From Clostridia bacterium (GTDB lineage: Bacteria > Bacillota > Clostridia > Christensenellales > CAG-1252): a stretch of 56,466 bases of DNA. Below, in pieces: positions 50,201 to 56,466 of the stretch. The stretch covers positions 1-56,466 of the forward strand of contig JAGCXI010000035.1 in assembly GCA_017961365.1 (NCBI GenBank), written 5' to 3'. Numbering within the stretch: position 1 is the first letter of the stretch; each line of letters starts with the position of its first letter. The notes below the pieces were generated by a model. The model worked only from the letters and a program-made list of their open reading frames with translations. It was not told the origin of the DNA and did not search any database. Both the position numbers and the translations under genes were made by a program.

Positions 50201-53200
50201 GCGGCATTCGTCGCCCTGAACTGCACGGTCAGTCTCGACTCTCCCGCGTCATAACCGATGGAGCCCAAGGTCACGCCCGAAGGCAAGGAGAACTTGCTCG
50301 CCGCGCCCGTTTGAATGGCGGAGAGGTCTCCCTCCGAAACGCCCTCGATGGCAAGCGTAAACGTGAGCAAACTATTCGCATAGGTCTGCGCCTCCAAGGT
50401 CTGATCCACGGAGATGGTCTTCGCCTTGATCTCATAAGCATAGGAAGCGCCCGAGGTGATCTCGTAATTCCCATTGGAGAAGGAAATGCTCGCCGTATAA
50501 GAGCCTGCATTCGTCTTTTTGTCATTCGTGACGGTCGCGCCGACGTTATCCGCGCCGTAGACGCCGAACAAACCGGGCGTCGCGACGTATTGTCCGCCGT
50601 TATAGATCACGGTGGGCTTCCCATCTTCGATCGCCACCGCGCCGGAGAGGGTCCATTCGATCGTGACCTGCGCAGGCGAAATGCTCCAAGACCAGCGGCT
50701 CGACGTCTCGTCCAATACATAGTTCTTATTCACGTCCGCAGAGGTCAAGGCGGCAACCGCTTGATAGCCCTCCGCGCGTACGTTCATTTTGGAATAATCA
50801 TTCGAAGCGGAAAGCTCGGGCGTCTCGCCGTTCTGCGCGCCCAAAGCGACGACAGGGGTCAAGGTGACGGTCGTCCCGTCATAGACGTAAGAAGCGGCAG
50901 CCGCAGCCTCGTTCTTTTTCCAAGCGACGGTCAGCGTCCTCTTCGAGATCGTCCAAGTCCAAATCTTCGTCGCCGCGTCAAGGTCGTAATTCTTATTCAC
51001 GTCCGCGGAAGTGAACGCCGCGACCGCTTCATAGCTCGTCGTCCTCGCGTCCTTCGCGGCGAATTCATTCGTAGCGGCAAGCACGGGTGTCTCGCCGTTC
51101 TGCGCGCCCGAAGCGACGACGGGGGTCAAGGTGACGGTCGTCCCGTCATAGACATAAGAAGCGGAAGCCGCAGCGTCGCTCTTTTTCCAAGCGACGGTCA
51201 GCGTCCTCGTGGCGATGCGCCATTCGCAAGTGGGCGCAGAGGTCGGAAGCTTGTAATTATTTTGCGCCGCGCCCGAGATCCCCGTGACAGTCGCCGTGTA
51301 CGAGGTGCTCGCGTCGGTCTTATTCGCATTGTCATAGAGGAAAGTCACCGTATCATTCCCCACCACGTTCAAAGCGACGGCGGAGACGGAACGCTCCGTC
51401 CCGTTATAGACGTAATCTCCGGTTTGATAAAGATCGCCGCTGTCATTCTTCCAAACGAAGCCTTCCAACGTGCGTTTCGCGATCGTCCAATTCTTTAAAA
51501 GCGTCGCGGAAGCGATCCCCTCAATCGTATAATTCGGATTCGAGAGAGCGACAAGCGTCGTCGTATAATCGCCCGCGTTTCTGCAAGCGCCGCTATACGA
51601 ATAAACGCAGCCGACGTCGTCCGTCCCCGCATTCGTCGGGCGAGCGATATAAGCATTTTGATGTGCGCTCCCGTCATAGATCCGATCATAGGAAGTGTCG
51701 GAGAGCACCCATTCGAAGGCGAGTTTCTTCGGCGCGATGCTGAACGTATCCCCCCAAGAATACTTGCCGCCATTCTCCGTATCCTCATAATGGGCGGACT
51801 GCACCGCATAATTCGGATCGAGGCATTCCACGGCGATCGAGAAAGACACGACCGTCCGATACGAGAAGGTGAAGATCTCTTTATTCTCGGCAATGATCGC
51901 CTCGAAAGAGCGCTCTAAGGGCGTATCGAGCGTGCGATCCGCCTCCACCGTTACTTTGATATTCCCTGTCTTCCATTCGGAATTGCAATCCTTATTCTGC
52001 ACGCCCGTGAGGGTCAAAGTGGCGCTGATCATGTCGCCCGTATAAGTATTCGCGAGATTATTCCAAGCATAGGTGATGGTCGCAGGGATGATATGCCATT
52101 CTCTCGTGGCGTCCGCATCCCCCGCCAAAACGTAGTTCGCGTCCGTGAAGCTCGCCACCGTCGTCTCGTAGTCTCCTACATTCGTCCTGCGGTTGCCCTT
52201 CCCTGTGACATAACGCACTTCGGGGGCGTCCGCCGCCGCGGCAAGCACCCAATCTCCCGTCTCGGGATCAGAAACGTATTTCACCGTGGCGGCGCTCACG
52301 CTTGCCGTCACGTTCTGTTCCGCGCCCGTATAAGACGGAGAGTATCCGTTCGTCTGCGTCCAGACCAATGTCTTCACTTGGATGGGCGAGATCTCCAAAG
52401 AGGTCATCGTCTCCGAAATGATGTAATTATTCATCAGAGCGGAATCACCGAATCCGCTGACGACGAGCTCATACACCTCGGCGTCCACAGCCTGCACCGT
52501 AAGCAGATACTCGCTCGCGGCGCCCGCGGCGGCGAGGAGCTTATGCGTTTTGCCGTTCTCCGTAATATTCCAAGCGAAACAGTCTTGATCGACCTGCGCT
52601 TCTTCTCCGTGCTCGAAGCCGGAGATCCTAAGCGTCGCCGCCTGCACGGAGCCATCATAGGTGGCGGAGAGATCATTCGGCGTGACCGTCAAGGCTTTCT
52701 TCGCGATGCGCCAAGACAAAGTCACCGTCTCCTGCGACGCGACGTAATCATGGCTTTCCACATTGCCGACCACATTCGTGACGGCGTCGATCGCCGCCGT
52801 ATAGACGTCGGCGTTGAGCTTCTTCACATCGCGCAAAGTGAGCGCCAAAGCGTCTTTCTCGCCCGTCGCGGCATTCATGCAAAGATCCGCCGCATCCGCG
52901 CTCGGATAGACCTCTTTATTCGTGCCGTTATACGTGAAAGCCGCATCGTAATAAGGCGTGAGATGCGCATTATCGACATACCAGCCGAAGGTCAGCGTCT
53001 TGGGGGTGATCGTATAAGTCCTCACCTCGTCCGCCGCCGCAAGCTCGTAATTATCGAGGCTCATCGTGAGATCCAAAGCATACGTCGCCGCGCGGATGAT
53101 CTTGATGTCGAGGCGATATACGGAAAGATTTCCCGGCGTGAAGCTGCCCGCGCAAGCGAAGTCCACGGCGTTCGCCGCAACGTGACGGAAAAGATCCGCC

Positions 53201-56200
53201 GTGATATTCTCCACGTCATTCCCCTTGAAACCTTCCACAGAGAGGATAAACGTGCGATAACTTCCGTCATAGACGGAAGAGTCTGCGTCCACATAGTCGA
53301 TCCAGCTCTTCGTGAGCCTTTGCTTGTCGATCGTCCAATTGCAGTTCACTTTATTATCGGGGAGAGAATCTATCGTATAGTTATTCGCCGCCGAACCCGT
53401 GATGCCCGTGATCGTGATGCGATACTCGCCCGCATTCGTGAAGTCCACTTTATCTCCCGCCACGCCCGTACGCGTGCCGCCTTGATAAAGGAAGCTGATC
53501 TGATCTCCTTCTTCGACCTCCGCCACCGCTCTTATGGTCTGCGGCGCGGCGCTGTAAGTCGTATGAAGGACGCCGCCGCTGAAGGCATAATCGCCCGTCG
53601 ACTCCCAATTCACCGTGACCGCTTTCTTCGCGATGGTCCATTCCGTAGAAAGGTTATTTCCACCCGTCAAGGTGTAATTATCATTTCCGAGAGAGATGGC
53701 TTGGGCGGTATACGTGCCGGCGTTGATGGCGGAAGCGGCGTCATTGCAACTCACTTCGCAGACATCCCGCACGCCGTTTCTGCTGCAGATATTCTTGACC
53801 GCGACGCTGACATATTTCCAAGTCTTATCATAAGTGGTCTGCGTATTCGTCCAGACCAGCTCGACGGGGCGCTTCGTGATCGTCCAAGAGCAAGTCTCCT
53901 TGCCCTCTTCCGTGAAGACATATTCATAATACTCCGCGAGCGCATCGGGAAGCGCTTGGATCTTCGCCACGTACGTGCCTTGATCCGTCCCCGAGACCTG
54001 TCCTTCGAGGGCGATGGTATTCGCCTTGATATCCGCGGGTACGCCGTCGCCGTATTCCGCCACCATCCTATGCTCCGCGCCGTTATAGACCGTGGTGAAA
54101 TTTCCGTAATCGCCCGTGCCGTCCAGTCTCCAACGAATGGTGACGGGGCATTTCACGATGGTGTATTTCGAGCTGATCGCTCTCTTTTGATAGTTCGGAT
54201 CGACGGCGCCGTTCTTCAGGATGGAAAGATAAGTGGAGACGGAATAGCCCTGCTTATTGACGGCGCGCTGACCGTTTCCGCTATACGCGGGCGCATCCGC
54301 CGTGAGTCCGCTCACAGCCAAAGGCGCGCCCGGCGTCCAAGTGACTTCTACGCTCTTGGGAAGACCGTCATAGACGTACTCCATCTCAAGGAACCGAATA
54401 TTGTATTTATTCTTGAGTCTCTCGAAATACTCGACGTCTTTCTCGAGATCTTTCTGCATCACGGAGATCGTGACGCTCGCGGCGCCCGCGGAAGTCTGCT
54501 CCGTGAGCTCGTCATTCCCGGAGGTGGCGAGGACAGAGAAGGCGTATACGCCCGATTTCACGACATCCTTCGTGAGAAGCGTGAAGGTGACGAGCCCCGT
54601 ATCTTCGGCATAGCCACAGGTGAAAACGGCGAAATCGGGATTCGTGACATTCTCCATCGCACAGCTGCCCGCGAGGTTCGGATCGTATTTCAGCTCGAAA
54701 GAACCCGTCGTCTCCTCGGCGCCGAAAGACGTCGCAAGCTCATTGGGCGTAAAGGACCATCTGACCTGATAACGATTGGTCTTATTCAGAGCGTGATCCA
54801 AGCTATACGAGGCATAAAGCGTATTATTATCGTCATACTCGAAGGACTTAAAGGTGGAATTCAATGCCTCCTCTTCCCCATTTGTTTCGAGCTTGAGCTG
54901 CGTCCTTACGCCGAGGAAATCCAGCTCCCAAACCGGCGTAAGCGTGACGGAATCACGGAAAGAAAGCGTCTTGAGATAATTCGTGTCAAGGCTGTAATGC
55001 TCGCTGTCCGCGCTGTCATAACAATACCACTTGAGATCTTGATATCCCTCTCGCTCATACCCTTCATAGGTGGGCAGGTCGAAATTATTTACGTCCTCAC
55101 CCACGATGAAGTCGGTCTTCAGCCCGGGCGTCTCAATGGGCACGTAATAAGAGCCCCATTGATAGGTGACGCTGCAGACTTTCGCCCAGCGGGCGTAAAG
55201 CGTGGTGTCCTTCGGGAAGACGGCGCTGTAGGTCTCGGCGGCAAACTGCACGAGAGAGCCGCTCTCGGTCTCCCAACCGCGGAAAATATAACGCTCGCCC
55301 GAAGCGGGGTCCGTGAAGACCATCTCGGAATTATAGAAAGTCTTATCCGTGATGAAAGCATTCGTGGAAGGCATCAGATCCGCCAACATAAAGGTGCGGA
55401 GCTCCGCCACGCCGCTGACGAGATCGAGGATCTTGCTCGGGACGAAGAGCCCGTCCATTCTCGACTCGAAATTCACAAGCACTTTCTTGTCAAGATTATC
55501 CACCGTGAGATTTTCACGGATCTCGGGATAGGTCTGACGGATATAATTGTATTTTTCCTGCATCTTGTCCGTATCGCGCGGATCTTCGTTATCATTGATG
55601 ATGGTGATCTCGAGATCGTCCTTCTTGAAAGCATCCTCAAAGACGATGACGGCGTCCGACTCCGAAGAAAGGGAAAGCGTACGGAGAGAGGACGTGACGA
55701 TGGACGTGCCGAAATAAATATTGCCGTTTTGGGCAAAAAGCTCCACAGACTCGAGGTTCTCACTGACGATGCCCTCTTTTCCGATGGATTCGACGGACTT
55801 CGGAAGCGCGATGGCGCGAATATTATTCCCGACGATGGCGCGATCTCCGATCTCGCGAATGTTCGACGGCGCGTCCTCCGTGTCCTCGAAGATCACTTCG
55901 TCGATCTCTTTCGCGCTCGTGAAGAGCTTATTGCGCACGGTCTCGGAATCCAAAGCGCCTTCCAAGATCTTCGTGACCTTGAGCCCATTGAATTCGGAAG
56001 GGACGAAGACTTTCTTGCTCTGTCCCCAATAAATGCCTTTGACGTAATACTCCGTGCCGTCCGCGCTCTTTTCATACATAATATTTCTGTATTGGAGGCG
56101 ATCATTGCGATAACGCGTATGCATGACTGCGACGGGGAAAACGACGGAGATGAGCTGAATGACGACCACGATGATAAGGAAAGCGAAATACGTCTTCGTA

Positions 56201-56466
56201 CCCGTCTTGAACTTATCTTCCGAACAATCGTAATTATGTAACGCCACGCGGAACTCGATCTTATCCCACCATTGATAGACCAAAAGAATGGTCAAAAGCT
56301 GACAGACCCACACCGCCGCAAGATCGATCCTGAGATACGCGCCGATGGAGGCGAAAACGAAATTCGCCGCGGTGAGCGCGATCCAGAGCAGATTCAACAC
56401 AAGCAACATCGCGCGGATCCCCGAAGCGGGATTTCCTGCGTTTGCCTTGACGTTATGCGGGAAATA
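47260..56466 (-). CDS. Giant surface protein (>3000 aa, 5' partial): TMs, short LRR, InlB-B-like repeats, many MBG-like Ig repeats
   Basis: Frame stays open to the window edge; FRGW..TLYARW; repeated YDG/YNG..NAGxY..NY..WxI units; no LPxTG or SLH seen. Confidence 0.85.
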   Translation of the reverse strand, partial: YFPHNVKANAGNPASGIRAMLLVLNLLWIALTAANFVFASIGAYLRIDLAAVWVCQLLTILLVYQWWDKIEFRVALHNYDCSEDKFKTGTKTYFAFLIIVVVIQLISVVFPVAVMHTRYRNDRLQYRNIMYEKSADGTEYYVKGIYWGQSKKVFVPSEFNGLKVTKILEGALDSETVRNKLFTSAKEIDEVIFEDTEDAPSNIREIGDRAIVGNNIRAIALPKSVESIGKEGIVSENLESVELFAQNGNIYFGTSIVTSSLRTLSLSSESDAVIVFEDAFKKDDLEITIINDNEDPRDTDKMQEKYNYIRQTYPEIRENLTVDNLDKKVLVNFESRMDGLFVPSKILDLVSGVAELRTFMLADLMPSTNAFITDKTFYNSEMVFTDPASGERYIFRGWETESGSLVQFAAETYSAVFPKDTTLYARWAKVCSVTYQWGSYYVPIETPGLKTDFIVGEDVNNFDLPTYEGYEREGYQDLKWYCYDSADSEHYSLDTNYLKTLSFRDSVTLTPVWELDFLGVRTQLKLETNGEEEALNSTFKSFEYDDNNTLYASYSLDHALNKTNRYQVRWSFTPNELATSFGAEETTGSFELKYDPNLAGSCAMENVTNPDFAVFTCGYAEDTGLVTFTLLTKDVVKSGVYAFSVLATSGNDELTEQTSAGAASVTISVMQKDLEKDVEYFERLKNKYNIRFLEMEYVYDGLPKSVEVTWTPGAPLAVSGLTADAPAYSGNGQRAVNKQGYSVSTYLSILKNGAVDPNYQKRAISSKYTIVKCPVTIRWRLDGTGDYGNFTTVYNGAEHRMVAEYGDGVPADIKANTIALEGQVSGTDQGTYVAKIQALPDALAEYYEYVFTEEGKETCSWTITKRPVELVWTNTQTTYDKTWKYVSVAVKNICSRNGVRDVCEVSCNDAASAINAGTYTAQAISLGNDNYTLTGGNNLSTEWTIAKKAVTVNWESTGDYAFSGGVLHTTYSAAPQTIRAVAEVEEGDQISFLYQGGTRTGVAGDKVDFTNAGEYRITITGITGSAANNYTIDSLPDNKVNCNWTIDKQRLTKSWIDYVDADSSVYDGSYRTFILSVEGFKGNDVENITADLFRHVAANAVDFACAGSFTPGNLSVYRLDIKIIRAATYALDLTMSLDNYELAAADEVRTYTITPKTLTFGWYVDNAHLTPYYDAAFTYNGTNKEVYPSADAADLCMNAATGEKDALALTLRDVKKLNADVYTAAIDAVTNVVGNVESHDYVASQETVTLSWRIAKKALTVTPNDLSATYDGSVQAATLRISGFEHGEEAQVDQDCFAWNITENGKTHKLLAAAGAASEYLLTVQAVDAEVYELVVSGFGDSALMNNYIISETMTSLEISPIQVKTLVWTQTNGYSPSYTGAEQNVTASVSAATVKYVSDPETGDWVLAAAADAPEVRYVTGKGNRRTNVGDYETTVASFTDANYVLAGDADATREWHIIPATITYAWNNLANTYTGDMISATLTLTGVQNKDCNSEWKTGNIKVTVEADRTLDTPLERSFEAIIAENKEIFTFSYRTVVSFSIAVECLDPNYAVQSAHYEDTENGGKYSWGDTFSIAPKKLAFEWVLSDTSYDRIYDGSAHQNAYIARPTNAGTDDVGCVYSYSGACRNAGDYTTTLVALSNPNYTIEGIASATLLKNWTIAKRTLEGFVWKNDSGDLYQTGDYVYNGTERSVSAVALNVVGNDTVTFLYDNANKTDASTSYTATVTGISGAAQNNYKLPTSAPTCEWRIATRTLTVAWKKSDAAASASYVYDGTTVTLTPVVASGAQNGETPVLAATNEFAAKDARTTSYEAVAAFTSADVNKNYDLDAATKIWTWTISKRTLTVAWKKNEAAAAASYVYDGTTVTLTPVVALGAQNGETPELSASNDYSKMNVRAEGYQAVAALTSADVNKNYVLDETSSRWSWSISPAQVTIEWTLSGAVAIEDGKPTVIYNGGQYVATPGLFGVYGADNVGATVTNDKKTNAGSYTASISFSNGNYEITSGASYAYEIKAKTISVDQTLEAQTYANSLLTFTLAIEGVSEGDLSAIQTGAASKFSLPSGVTLGSIGYDAGESRLTVQFRATNAATYTVGISELCANYAVVTGSKAVFTVNKKNVSSVTLKTGDDSIVYDGVAHTPTILFDGVALDRNEITFGANTTQSETNVGVYHIVVSGLSNAANYAYGGETDLTWEITKRPVTISFGTTSDHTNCTYGNTNQLTISVQNICAHSAASLQGRVSVTADAGVKNYSGSQVQIDFSAVDHKEGGYVITVDADAGSWANYVLESSAIHTVNIAKRTLTAALGSSSLTYNGSSQTKEINVTGERAADSGKVTSVTGNTGTNASTEYMATVEIKSAYQTNYTFAGSMTSVSLGWSIAPWGITLSVGPSGSEFTYNGSQKTFTVVSNAGASSINVSANTGTVANSYTAEVSPASANYTIASYPSGWSKSGDKASAPWTIKKAEITATPKAGQNLTYSNELKTYAFEASDLFDVSGNQATDAGSYTAYATIKAVNQNNYCFGWTAQGEPIYQKSFAWTIAKCEVSLDVTKFKYEYTGAYITLEYTLSPSTATFESTSAIQEKDIGEYTATFTLTSNYRFIGGGDEKEFSWSIEKAKLTVVFNDARANDLYSGTEQTIGVSVTNSSNADKKGVCTISGDAATHAGNYQVQVTLKPDQAAYYTISTQTTYSWSIDPKPVTIAVTSAKRFEYAKNAQREITYDLDVEDAKNYITEEGLAEVNASSSPYTATVTLTSSDYCFVKGTGVDDLKDDAHAATVYWYIDPKAVTLSVTITGFTYNETNRTIECTYNGTNRTIGYTIDVADAANYIDTVDLTKQDAGQYDGYVKLTTENYFFEAGDNKINALTNYKRTAKIEWTINPRTLSLNDGLTLQYLRAGDDEVSGWQDYEETTGIVFAGSTSYKFRLLVDGEALSDVILYNGDAEYPEVTFKIGGQKAFDWRCSNTSGNYEGNGSCFVTMKQLTLDIPNSHYVGENRSYATEDDLKAAVSSDPNIIALLNFVYYSDPVNWQSTTQPESYVFQNPGTWYVRVSTKGTQNISITNPATSFVVPQ
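50674..51207 (-). repeat. Intragenic tandem duplication, 267-bp (89-aa) unit
   Basis: TLTVAWKK..SYVYDGTTVTLTPVVA.GAQNGETP occurs twice; CAAGCGACGGTCAGCGTCCT at 50921 and 51188. Confidence 0.85.

Noticed and set aside
43845-56241. Very long plus-strand ORFs (1150, 1010, 1382 aa) and similar ones elsewhere (14375-16342, 25217-27445)
   Set aside because: Antisense shadows of real genes caused by codon bias; Arg/His-rich, with no motifs or RBS
41637-56466. Diversity-generating retroelement or invertible locus acting on the surface proteins
   Set aside because: No reverse transcriptase, adenine-specific repeat pair or invertase with inverted repeats in the window

Overview
GC-rich chromosomal segment, most likely from a Clostridia-class Firmicute (inferred from gene content and sigma-A promoters), with about 39 mostly minus-strand CDS and one tRNA-Arg(CCT). 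Housekeeping content: Re-citrate synthase-like enzyme, prfA, a DUF1385-PrmC fusion, rpmE, ybaK, ROK kinase, aspartokinase, cdaA, holA, a GlpA-like oxidoreductase triad, ppa, rel and ABC/DMT transporters. Most notable: (1) an intact IS110 recombinase preceded by an apparently self-contained ~100-nt structured RNA with its own extended -10 promoter and terminator; (2) a PadR-headed, translationally coupled operon encoding a UvrD-like ATPase with TPR-like tail, a coiled-coil protein, a membrane-anchored GLUG beta-helix protein and a small membrane protein; (3) a circularly permuted amino-acid binding lipoprotein; (4) next to a tRNA with duplicated 3' ends, two giant N-terminally anchored surface proteins plus an HExxH membrane protease. 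Also seen: leaderless genes, two probable pseudo-enzymes and covarying palindromic repeats. No CRISPR array, rRNA, prophage or reverse transcriptase was seen. All calls come from motif recognition by eye; no searches were run.
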